Source of the DNA: Phoronis australis
Lineage: Eukaryota > Animalia > Phoronida
DNA length: 64,000 nt
Assembly: GCA_002633005.1 (NCBI GenBank)
Contig: NMRA01000043.1
Span: 1,201,924-1,265,923, forward strand
Direction: 5' to 3'
Position numbers and translations under genes: made by a program
Notes under the pieces: model-generated
What the model was told of the DNA's origin: nothing
The model's input: the letters and a program-made list of their open reading frames with translations, nothing else
The model's database searches: none
In this document: in pieces, positions 1 through 11,072 of the stretch
Position numbering within the stretch: position 1 is the first letter of the stretch
Layout: each line of letters starts with the position of its first letter

Positions 1-569
1 GTTTTTCGCGGTATTTTGTAAATGTGATGTGCCAGATGTGAAAGACTAGTCGCTAACCGACTAGAGCGACGTTTTTCGTGAAAATGCTTGCACAGCACCC
101 GTGGCAATGCGTCATTTCCAGCAACAAGCGAGTATTTTTTTAAACTTGTGCCATAGCCACGATTCTCTGATGTTTCGAGGGTAAATGAAAAGAGTCACAG
201 CCTAGTCAAATAATAAATTGTCACAACCACCACAAACACAGCGTCTCGACATTCCTTATTGTACCATAAACCACGGTAAAACGAGCAGCAACAACTGACG
301 ACTTTCCACCCAAAAAACAATGCATGATGACTTAACTGTGATTGCTTGCTCACGGGTATTCTAATTTGACGACTGGTCGATTGGTGGGGTTATTTTTCTG
401 GTGCTTTTGATGTGAAATTGGTGATTTTAAGCACTTTAATCTCGTCAATACACAAATGGATTTTGAAAATGAATATTAATTCCGTTAAACTGGACAAATT
501 GAAGTAGTGCGAAGCCTAAATACATTTTTATAAAAAATAAAAAATTAAAGCATGAAACAGCTTACTCAC

Positions 570-579
570 CAAGTCTCAT
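570..579 (-). CDS. Probable first coding micro-exon (ATG AGA CTT G|gtgag, M-R-L-G) of a tandem paralog of the ALF-like gene; the rest lies left of the window
   Basis: Same 10-nt, phase-1 first exon as the ALF-like gene (ATG AAG CTA G|gtaag). Good start context (AACAATG), strong donor gtgagtaag, TATAAA 60 nt upstream. No clean second exon found in 1-569. Confidence 0.55.
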
Positions 580-638
580 TGTTTGCAGTTGTAAACTTGT
601 TGATTTGAGTGAATGCTGTAAACACGTCATCCATATTC

Positions 639-644
639 TTTATA
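639..644 (-). promoter_or_regulatory. TATA box for the putative paralog at 570-579
   Basis: TATAAA on the minus strand, with an initiator-like CATTCACTC about 30 nt downstream and a TGACG (CRE half-site) between them. Confidence 0.45.
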
Positions 645-1562
645 TCCAGTCAATCATAACAGCTGGCACTCGAGGTGGATTTTCGCACGCGCAAAGACCG
701 AAGATATAACTCAAACGTGCGCAACGTTATCTGAAGTTTAGTTGTGAATCTGTACCCAGTTACATGTGCTGTATTGACTGTAGCACTTCTAAGGTCTCAG
801 GCTCCCGGTTTTAAGATATTAAACCCATTATGCAAAGTACGTTAGAAGTAACTTTCCAGATTCTAAATCCATTGTAAAGTGGAAAATAAAAAAACTGACA
901 CTTTTTATCCCAAACCCAATATTTCTCTGCCGATGCGCAACATAATGCAACATTAGATTCTGAAAGCAAATTTCTCACATACTCCAAGAATGTGATACAA
1001 AAATGCTGTCAAGCATCCAGTTTTTTAACTCTAACTTGTTTGAAGGCTACTTGAAATCGCAGCCGACTGCCCAGTCGCAACTAATCAAAGCACAACTGCA
1101 GCAGGGTGCTGCCATCTTGAAAAAAAGTGCACCAACAAGTGGTATTTTCTTATTCCCAACATTCACAAGGACGCATTTCTATATCTATCACGTGTCACTG
1201 TGGCAGGTCGACAAGAGTAAACACTTCATTACTAGATTGTGTTAAAAAGACGTCACATTACCAGCCACCAATGGGCCTTTGGGTTTTAATGTGTTTGAAT
1301 TATTATGGACTTGGACAAAAACGCATTTTGCTGAAAGTCAAAGACAAACTGTTGTGTAACTGAGACTTTGGTTGTATGTCTGCATGTCTGTCGACATCAG
1401 TGTTGTCACGTGTGATGTATTATTTCTTTCACGGTCAATCGATGCTAAACCAATAGATTAATCACAAAGTGAGGTATTCCGGGATATGGCTCTAGTTTCT
1501 GTAGACTGGTGACAAGACTCAATAGCCAATCCACCGCTTAAGGATCACTTCGCCGCTTTTAA

Positions 1563-2860
1563 AGGAGAAAGCAACGTTTTTCATGTCATTTCTTTAATTA
1601 TCCCCAGACATGTTTTCAGTTAATTACAACTTCCGGTAATTTAATTAATTAGTTATGCCTTATTCTGGAAGTGACGTTCAGGGTGTTAAGAAATTCCCGC
1701 CATTTTGTTTTCACATAGTCGAGGTGTCGAGTCAGTCATAGGTTTACCTCGGTTGTGATAAGTTCGGTGGTCGTTTGCGTTTGTTTGAGTCAGTCAAAAT
1801 GCTGCACTGTTGCTGCTTACCGAAATGCACTCATTATAGTCTCACAAGCACTTTGGTTATGCCATTACATCGCTTTCCGACAGATGACACACTCCGAAGT
1901 ACTTGGCTCGTTCGTGTGAAGAACGCAGTGTTACCCGTCCACGCAAGTGTGTGGCAAACAATTTTTGGCCACGGATTACGAAAGAGGTGTACGCGGAAGT
2001 TGATTACCGGCAGTGCCCCGTCGCTCCCCCGACAAATGCATTTTTGAAGAAAGAAGGCTCACTAGCTGCGGCCCCTACAGTGACTCGAGGCCTTTCAGCT
2101 ATTGTCAGCCTAGCCAGCCAGCTACATGTAACTGTACAGTTGTATTCATACTATCGTCAAGATACAGCTTAAGTATACAGTTTGTGCCAAGGTTATTGCC
2201 ATCCGTGCCTCCGAACGTACCCAAGAGCGCGTAATTCCGGGAACTAGCAGTATGTGAATTACCATGTGCTGATGTCTCCAACCCAGAGCCTGTAAGCAGC
2301 CCTGCAGCGGTATTGAGAAGTGGGTATGAATATAGGCCTAGTTAGTCACCCAGTGAGGACAGTGGTACAGTGAACAGGCCCCTGAGTCAAACTTTGGCAA
2401 GTTTATTGTGGACTTGAATAAACTATTGGAGCTATTTAGAAGGTGCTAGGCGTGTGGTGAGGAAGTCACGCAGCGGGATGTAAGCTGTTTGGGTGCTCAA
2501 GTCACCATCCAGTGGGAGTTTGTCGCGGGACACTTGGGCAAGTGGGAAAGTTGCTCCTCCGTCCGTGGAATACCATGTCCTCTCAGTCTGGAAACACTTT
2601 TCAGTCGGTGAAGACACTGATGGACTTCAATAAAGTCATGTTCTTCTCCAAGACGACAGTAGAAAAGATCCTCACAGTATACAAACTCGAATGCCGAAAC
2701 AAAATAGGGAAATTCTGCACCTCCCATGCGTCGCTTCCGGTACTGGGCATGGCTAATTAGTTAAATTACGAGAAGTGGTAATTAACTGAAAAATATGTCT
2801 AGGATAATCAACAAACCGTAATTTCTAATAAAATGACATAAAAAGGTAATACTTTCTCCT
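1563..2860 (+). mobile_element. Kolobok-type DNA transposon deletion derivative with degenerate THAP-transposase 5' region
   Basis: Flanked by TTAA (1559-1562, 2861-2864), termini AGGAGAAAG...CTTTCTCCT, imperfect TIRs of about 150 bp. Broken reading frames give MLHCCCLPKC..FP..W..QVCGKQF (THAP), KFIVDLNKLLELFRRC*AC, IQWEFVAGHLGKWES and SGNTFQSVK. TTAA TSD, purine-purine termini and an N-terminal THAP are Kolobok hallmarks. Confidence 0.8.
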
Positions 2861-3294
2861 TTAAGCTGTCAATGTCAGTTTCGTAACTGAAACGATTTTG
2901 AATTTAAAAACGTCACAGCTCCAGTCCGATCTTGTCTTCATTGCCGAATTAGCCGGCCTTAAAGTCACAGGCAATGCGTACACTAGTCATTTTTGATTTC
3001 AAAGTTTTAGAGGTGGCTATACAAGCCCAACAAACTTGTTCATGAGTTCGATATTCTTGTTAATTTGGTAATGCACATGGTGAGGAGTATTTGGAGGCCG
3101 ATTTTATGAAAATATAAGCCTAACTTAATTTCTGTTTTAGCCAATTAACACGCGATGCAATTTTAATTGTTTTCTAAATGCTCTCAAAATACAAAAAAAT
3201 GAAATGTGGACCCCTTATGAAATATGAATTGTGAATCCTGCCTAAGGGAAATTTATTTTTTTTTGTCAATTCGCTCACATAGAAAACGAGGATA

Positions 3295-4918
3295 TCACGC
3301 CGCCTTGCTCGTGCACGACTTCTTTCCGTATCCCACTTGGATCCCTGCTCCGAACAGCTTCCCTGTGGCCTCACAGAGGGCGTCAACGATGGCACCCGCC
3401 TTGCTGCTCACACCTTTGATCTCGGAATTTGACACCCCCGGACACTTGGCAGTTGCGTCGTACACTAGCTGCCAGTTACTAATTCTCCACTTCCACGTGA
3501 CCTCGCAGTCGACTGCTTTGCCATTGTCTGGGGTAATGGTTGCCTGCGATAATACCAAATGGGGAAAAATAATGCAAGAATGTTGATCAGAAAATTGACA
3601 TACTTTTAGCACCCGCGTCCCTTCGTGAGTATAACTCAACTATAGATTGTGTATTACACATATTTCGGTAAGAGTCACCTTATGGTCAAAGTTTAAACTG
3701 ACCTCAAAACCTGGTTAGAAATGGTGTGTATCACTTGAACTACACATAAAGTATTCTTATTAGTTTCAGAGATACCTTACCGTTTCTTTTTTCCCAAAAG
3801 CTGAGCCGATGACATTTTTGAGTAGCCTCCCTCCAACTTTAATCAACACTGACGTGACCGCACCTACTGCACGCGTTTCCTTTTCAGCAGTCTCTTGCAC
3901 TGCAGGAGCTGCGTATACCGACAACGCTGCCGTCAGAGTAAATACGATAACTGAAGAAATAGAAAACGTTAGATATATTTCATTGTCACCGCACACGTTA
4001 GAGCGGTGAAGTGCTGTATCCGCTATTTTAATTGGTACCAAACCCGGTTTTGACGACTTTCCCATTATCTAGTTCTCTGAAACAACTTAAATAATGCTAT
4101 GTAACCCTCGGTAAACCCCAAATGTTTCGAGTAAAATTGGAAAATTCCTTGTAAAGTCTGATAAACGTGGGCCAAGCTTGACCTAGGCTTTGGGCGAGTC
4201 AGACAATTGTAACGAAGACAACTCAACAAGAACCATGATATCATACCTGCGACCAACAAATAAAGTGCGAGTTTTTTATTGAAACCTGAATAGATTTCAG
4301 TGACGCTAGGCCCTTCGCCAGGATCTTGCTAAAAAGTAAGATTTCATCTAAGTTCGTGAGACACAGAAATGTATTTTAAAGGAGAACACGTCATTTTGGC
4401 AAGATCTTTCCAGCTGCGAGACATCTACTGAACTCTACCCGGCTTTTATCACTCAAGTGAGACGCCAATTTTGCATGAGCGTGTGACAGAACGAGAGTTG
4501 CTTGAAATCCCCAAGATTGTCACAGAGATGGCAATAATGGCTGCACATGACTACGTGTAAGATGGTGTTGATGACACCAAGTAAACATAACAATTATTAA
4601 TTTTCTCAAACATTCAATTTTAAGCATGCAAAACAAAAAAGTGAAATTTCGAGTTTCGCTTAAAATGCAACTTTCATGTTTTTAGACAGGAAACTGAATT
4701 AACGGATGGTACCGTGCTTCACGTCCATCGTGGAATTTCAGGGCATTTTGTAGTTTAGGCAATATCCCGTCTTTGATAACGGAATTCCCTGTCCTTGTTT
4801 TTCTAAAAATATGACGTGCTGTTGCACGGTGACCACAGCTGTATTTTTTTAATTGCGGAAGCGATACGACATGTGCGCTTGCGCCCTTACTGGCCTATCC
4901 CACCTTACCTAGCTTCAT
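3295..4918 (-). CDS. Secreted anti-lipopolysaccharide factor (ALF)-like antimicrobial protein precursor, 155 aa, 4 exons
   Basis: Exons 4918-4909, 4285-4247, 3950-3781 and 3543-3295, all GT-AG and phase-consistent (468 nt). Protein: MKLGFNKKLALYLLVAVIVFTLTAALSVYA/APAVQETAEKETR/AVGAVTSVLIKVGGRLLKNVIGSAFGKKETATITPDNGKAVDCEVTWKWRISNWQLVYDATAKCPGVSNSEIKGVSSKAGAIVDALCEATGKLFGAGIQVGYGKKSCTSKAA*. Signal peptide, then C-x20-CPG and SSKAGAI as in ALFs. ACCATG start; AATAAA at 3252-3257. The gene model is solid; the family call is by motif recall. Confidence 0.8.
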
Positions 4919-4964
4919 GGTGATTGTAGGTAGCAGAAACCACAGGGTCTGACCTACAGCCGGC

Positions 4965-4970
4965 TTTATG
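4965..4970 (-). promoter_or_regulatory. TATA-like box (CATAAA) of the ALF-like gene
   Basis: About 50 nt upstream of the ATG at 4918, a position similar to the paralog's TATAAA. Confidence 0.3.
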
Positions 4971-7443
4971 TTCTCGCCCATATCTCATTATCTGATAGTC
5001 GCTGCAACCACCTGCTCTTGTTCCTTTGCATAGGACGTCACATCTGGATTAGTGGTTTGGTCGTTATCGATGTCAAACCACAGGTGAACATGAGGGGCTC
5101 ACTAAACCTAAGGCTGTGCAATGGCGGCGTACTTAAAAGTTGGGACTCAAGAAAATCTGAAGCGAATTGCGCTAGAGCAACACCACCACGGGGAGGACTC
5201 ATCGTTAGCCCAATTACGCCCCAAGCTTGGTGGCGTGCAGTCACAGGAACAAATAGATATTAGATCAATTCGAAGTCGACCCGACTGGCCATGCTAGTCA
5301 AAATCCACTTGGATAGCTAAAAACAAAAATTGAATAAAGAATTTTAACATCATACAATCGATCTCCCCTACCGTTACAGGATTTCATTTCCGAAATGCAT
5401 ACATGCGCTATTTTTGAATTCGAAATTTTTGGATTGGCAACCCCAACATGGTCTCATCTTGATTGCTTATGGTTTTGGTGTTCTCATTTTGTTGGTAACG
5501 GAAATAGAATCCTATCATAGTAACGAATATTACGAGACCTAATTCGATTTTTGCAACTCGCCAAACCCAACCTTTAAGTTCTAAAAGATTTCATCACTTT
5601 TTAAATTTTGCAACAAATCTATGGACCATTTTGACGCGAAACGAGATTTACGCCAAATTCGAACATTATAGAACCACTTATCACGACATGGTTGATCGGC
5701 AGGGTTGCTCGGTAATAAGCTACTGCAACCATTTTTCAGCAAATACCACGATTTCGCATGCTTCAAAACACGCTATTTCTCTTCGAAATGCTGGATATCT
5801 AGTTTTGTGAGGAAGTTCTTCATTTTGATTAACCCTGCTCTTTTTGCCCACGGGGTGATCAGCCAGCGACATGTGACCTATGTAATCCAATCAGAAAACT
5901 AATTTATCACTACTGGCCAATCACAATGGCTTATCATTATTCTCTACGTCGCAAAAATGAACAAGATGCCTTCATCTGGAATGTACATATGAAAGACCTT
6001 TGTTCACTATGGGCTAAAGACACGAGGTCAAACTTGTACGCCACGCACGATCGCCTCCGTATTCTGAAAGTTTGGAAGAGATCTGTGACTTGTCTTTTCA
6101 GTTATTCCACTGTGTTTGGGGGTAGATAAAAAGCAAAAACGATCTAGTTTGCTCAGAGCAACAGAGGTAGTTCCTGGCTGGGTATTACAAAGTTTTAGAA
6201 AACAATCGCAGTAAGTTTACTGCTGCAACGAAATGTAACTGTACTACCTCACAAACATTTTCTGTTCCATTCACGTTTCCTCCACCAAAAATTCACAGTG
6301 CCAAACTATAAAAATCTTTCATATGATGAACGTCATTTAAAAATCCACAACTGACACTCTACTTCAAAATGTCGTTTACATGAGGTCCTTTACCACGTGA
6401 CGTATGCAAATTAGTTCCATTCAACTGTTAGACAATGACACTCAACGGGAAACCACAACAAAATCATTTGTACAAATGTTTTGCCGGCATACAGGGTGTT
6501 CAGGAGTTGCCTTGCAACTAAAATTATCCAAAATCAGGTGTTCGGCGTTCAAAATACACGTCAATATCTCGCGTAATCTCTCGAAGTTTTGATTTTTCGT
6601 GCAAGGTCATAGCATTACTGAAGTCTACCCTCTTAAAAGTTTTAGTGAGCACATGACTTCAAAATGGCGCTAGTATTGTCGAAATTATACAGTATGTATC
6701 GAATGAGCTCATTGTCCACAAACGCAGTAAACTTAGTGTAACGAAGCGCCCTTTCTAGTCAGTTAGCCTACTGATGAGGGGGGCTGATTCATAAGATGTT
6801 ATTCTTCGAGTTCACATGTCCAGGCAATAAAAATGAGCTTCATCTCCAAAACCAACCATCATGCAAGACGTCTGGGCCAAAGCAACCATGGATTCTGTGT
6901 GAACATGCCTTTCCCTAGAATATTTTTTATAACTGTCCAAGATATCTTGTAAAAACTAGTGCTAGTCAAAAAACGTTATTGACATTTTCATGGACGCCTT
7001 TTTTGGCTCACCCGACTCTCCTTGGTCACGAGAGACGGAATAGTGTCAGGCGCTAAAATGGTTCTCCCTGGTGTCGAGAGACAGACTAGTGCACCAAAAT
7101 GGCATTTTGCATAATGTTGGAACAATGACTCTAAAAATGACAGGCACTTCTTGCCGCAGCGTCTCGGTTTGTGTTTGGCTTTTAAGTTCTTTATTAACCG
7201 AGTGGTAATGTTCTCCGACCTGGTAGGAATGTTTTGTACCAGGTGCTACCATTTTCAACCCTGGTGGTAAGGTTCTAAACAGGGGTGGCTGGCCTATACA
7301 GTGTCATTAGAATTCATTTCAGCTCTGTATTGGCCCCCTAATTCGATGAGTTAGTGATTTCACACGGAAATACAAAGGTTGCCTTGAAGAAGAACTTAGA
7401 TTACTCTGATCAGTTCCCAGCTCAACGTGCCATTTTGGTTTAA

Positions 7444-8755
7444 AGGCGAAGGCAACCTTTTTCATGTCACTTTTAGCAAAAATAAGGTTCGTTGATTATC
7501 CCAAACACATTTGTCACTTAATTACAGCTTTTCGTAATTTGATTAATTTCTCGCCCTCTACTCCGGAAGTGACGTTTTGGGAGGCAAGAGTTTCGCGCCA
7601 ATTTCTTTTCATTATAGTCTGACTGTGAGGGCTGTCGAGTCAAACATTGTTCTACCTCGGTTGTGATAAGTTCGGTCGACGTTTGTTTTTGTTTACAAGT
7701 CAGTCAACATGCCACGCTGTTGCTGCGTGCCGGGATGTACTCATTATCGTCTCACACGCGCTTTGGGTACCTTGCGTAGCTTTCCGAAGGATGACACACT
7801 TCGCCGTACTTGGCTGGCTCGTTCATGTGAAGAACGCAGCGCTACCCGTCCGCGCAACGTACAAAGCAGTGGGGGGTTACCGAGTGTTTGGCAAGAATTT
7901 TCTGCCGTCAGATTGCGACAGAGGTATGTACGCTGAATTGATGAAGGTCCCTGCGAAACAACGTCTGAAGAAGAGTACCATACCGTCGCTGTTGATTCCC
8001 GGCAGTGCCCCGTCGCCAACCCCGAGAAGTGCGTTTTTGAAGCGAGAAGCATAGCGAGCTGTGGCTTCTATATGAAGAGACTGGAGGCACTTCATCTACT
8101 GTCACCCGTGCCTCCGAACGCACCCCATTGCGTGCAATTCCGGGAACTAGCAGTGATTCGCCCTGTGCTGTTATCTCTAGCCCAGAGCCTGTAAGCAACC
8201 CTGCAGCGATGTTGAGTAGTGAGAGTGAATACAGGCCCAGTTCGACACCCAGTGAAGAGGACAGTTCGTCATCCAATGAACAGATCGGTGAACCTAAGTT
8301 TATTGTGGACTTGTATTGGAGCTATTTTGAAGGTGCCAGGTGTGTGGCGAGGGAGTCACACGGCGGGATCTAAGCAGTTTGGGTGCTCAGATCACCCTCC
8401 AGTGAGAGTGTGTCGGGCAAGTGGGACAGTTCTTCCTCTGTACGTGAGACGATAATGAGTACACCCCAGTACGTAGCAACAGCGTGGCATGTTGGCTGAC
8501 TCGTAAGCAAAAGCAAACCACGACCGAACTTATCACAACCGAGGTAGAACAATCACTGACTCGACTGCTCTCATAGTCAGACTATATGAAAAGAAATTGG
8601 CGCGAAATTCTTGCCTCTCAAAACGTCACTTCCGGAGTAGACGACGAGTAATTAATTAAATTACAAAAAGTAGTAAATAAGTGAAAAATATGTCTGGGAT
8701 AATCAACGAACCTCATTTTTGCTAAAAATGACATGTAAAAAGGCTGCCTTCGCCT
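7444..8755 (+). mobile_element. Kolobok-type non-autonomous transposon with THAP remnant and about 315-bp inverted ends
   Basis: TTAA at 7440-7443 and 8756-8759; termini AGGCGAAGGC...GCCTTCGCCT. THAP start at 7709 (MPRCCCVPGC..SFPKD..W) frameshifts to YRVFGKNF..RLKKSTIPSL, followed by a Ser/acidic linker and PKFIVDL. Homologous to 1563-2860. Confidence 0.85.
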
Positions 8756-11072
8756 TTAACTTGAAGGGTTTTCGTCTAGACTTACTGATAAGAGTTTGTT
8801 ACGTAATCCTCAACATTGATCTATAGTGGAGCCTCGGGGGATACGGCCCTGTCATTTGTATGGGAGTGACCAGGTGGGCCCGGATGCAATACATCTATCT
8901 ACATGTACATGAACTCTGTTGTAACCTTTTGTTTGATGGTGTCAACCCGCATTAAGCCCCCCACCTATCGGATATGGCTACAGCAGGATATTCAGAGCCT
9001 ATGATCCTACTCTGCATTTTTGACAAAAACTGTTCTAGNCTCGAAATTTTCGTTATGCGAGAGGACTAAGAAAAGGGGCCACTATGTTCAGGCCTACGAA
9101 TTGTGCATCCGCACCGACTTCCGGTGGACTTTATGGACTTCTGTCTCGTTTACTCGGACTTTTTTTTCACTGGGGCGGACTTTTTTGCCCGATTCTCTAA
9201 ACTAGGGGGCTCATTCGATCCCCCCCACTGAGTGCGCCCATGCTAAGATGGCCCCTATCAGTGATCGCGGGGATTTTCGTTGTAAAAGGGAACCGCCAAT
9301 GCAGAATTCATGGCAGTCAATGAAAGTGTACCCAGAGGAGAAAACTCCGTAGAGTCTACAGCGTCAGCCTGAATGCCATGATCGAGAATGCTTGGATTGG
9401 AGAAAAAGCACTTTTGTTCAGAAGCAAGAAAATGTGTTTTATGCAAAACATTATGAATTCATCTACAGGTTTTCCAAAGACAACTTTGCTTCAGGTACCT
9501 ATGTCGACTACACGTACATATATACATGTATACATCTGAAACCAAATGAACTCACGAAGTGTGTCACAAAAAACATCATTCCATATTACAGGTCATGACC
9601 TGTACGCCAGACGTGCTCTCGTCTTGGACCAAGGGCAAACAAATAGATCTTATCGTCTAGTTGCAACAAGCGATGCACATTAAAAGTATTACATGGAATG
9701 CCCCTAACACCACCTCCGTGGCGACTCAGTAGGACGCGGTGGTACGCGTTGTTGGCTGACAATATTGGTGAGTTCGGAGACACGCGCCATTACCCGTAGA
9801 AGACCCAATCGACGATTAGTTGAAAGAAACTCAACATCCATCAGCATTTGAAAACTGCATGATTTCACTGAGGTTACGTAGGACCCTCGAAAAATGCCCA
9901 AATTTGGCGAACTTCGGAACAGCATATCTCAGGAAAAGGCTAATTGGATTCATATACAACTTTCAGATACCATGGTTTATGCACTTTTCTCCAAAACACT
10001 GTTAGTAATTGTGTTTAAAATGTTCCACTTCTGCACGAAATCAGGCTTTTAAGATTTTTGTGAAAAAAATCGAAAGTTGCATAAAACGAAAACGAAATAG
10101 TAATTTAGAAATTTTAAATTAAATCAGCGTTTTTGAGACTTCATCATGAATATTTATATCGAGCAAAATTCGCTCATACCGTTGTTTGGCTGTGGATGTA
10201 CTTTCTTGTTAAATTTTATTAAAAAGACATGGTCACAGGACCAAATTGATAGCAATTCTACGGTTTTTTTTGCTTTCAGAAAATGTATACTTTTACTGAG
10301 TGAACATCTATAGTTTTGTAGGTATTTGACTAAATACACCGGAAAGTCATACGTTACAACATGAGACCGATATTATAACAGTAAAAGGCCTGAATCAAAA
10401 CTTGGTTTTTTACCGAAGCACTAATTTATTGCCCGTCTAAACGCTAAGACGGCGTAAAACTCGTACTTTGGGCCGACAAGCGTTTCGAGTTATTCTATAG
10501 CAGCGAAAATTGGTTCACAGACGAGTTCAGTTGAGTCAATCGTCAAGAGAGGACGCTACGCGTGTTCCAGAGAAAAACACGTTACCGTACATGAACGGTA
10601 TGTGAACTGGTCGCATCGTGCTGGTACGCTAACACTCACTGCACAGGAATACAGTCTGGGTTAAAGAAGTCTAGAAGAAGAGTTGTGAGAAATCTGGCAA
10701 CTCTCGGAATTGCTCGTGTTTGTTAAACAACAAGTGTTCGACTGAAGCACACACTGTACAGATGTCAGGCACTCAATCGTTCTTCAGTCTTTTTCATGGC
10801 GTGGCCACTTGGAACTGAAGTTACCAAAGTTATTGCTTCCAGGAACACAATTGATGTTTCATCGACAGCTAATTAAAGCGCCATCGCAGTCAAGATGTAG
10901 CGTACAAGTGTTAAAATAACGAATTCATTCTTTTGCGCAATTTTTACAATTATGTTGACGCCTCTGGTGAAAGCGAACGTACCACGGAAACTGTCCCTCT
11001 CATATGGAGATTGCTCTCTTTCTAATATAGCTCCCCAATGGCACGTGTGAACTTATCCTTAGACGCATGTTA

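Noticed and set aside
110-155. Second exon of the paralog starting at 579
   Set aside because: Vague similarity to ALF-like exon 2, but no AG acceptor giving an open phase-1 frame.
7709-8054. Functional host THAP-domain gene
   Set aside because: Frameshifted, zinc-binding C/H residues mutated (RVFGKNF), and enclosed by TIRs and TTAA: a transposon remnant.
7440-8759. piggyBac assignment for the TTAA-flanked elements
   Set aside because: Termini are AG...CT rather than CC...GG, and the coding remnant is THAP-led, which fits Kolobok.
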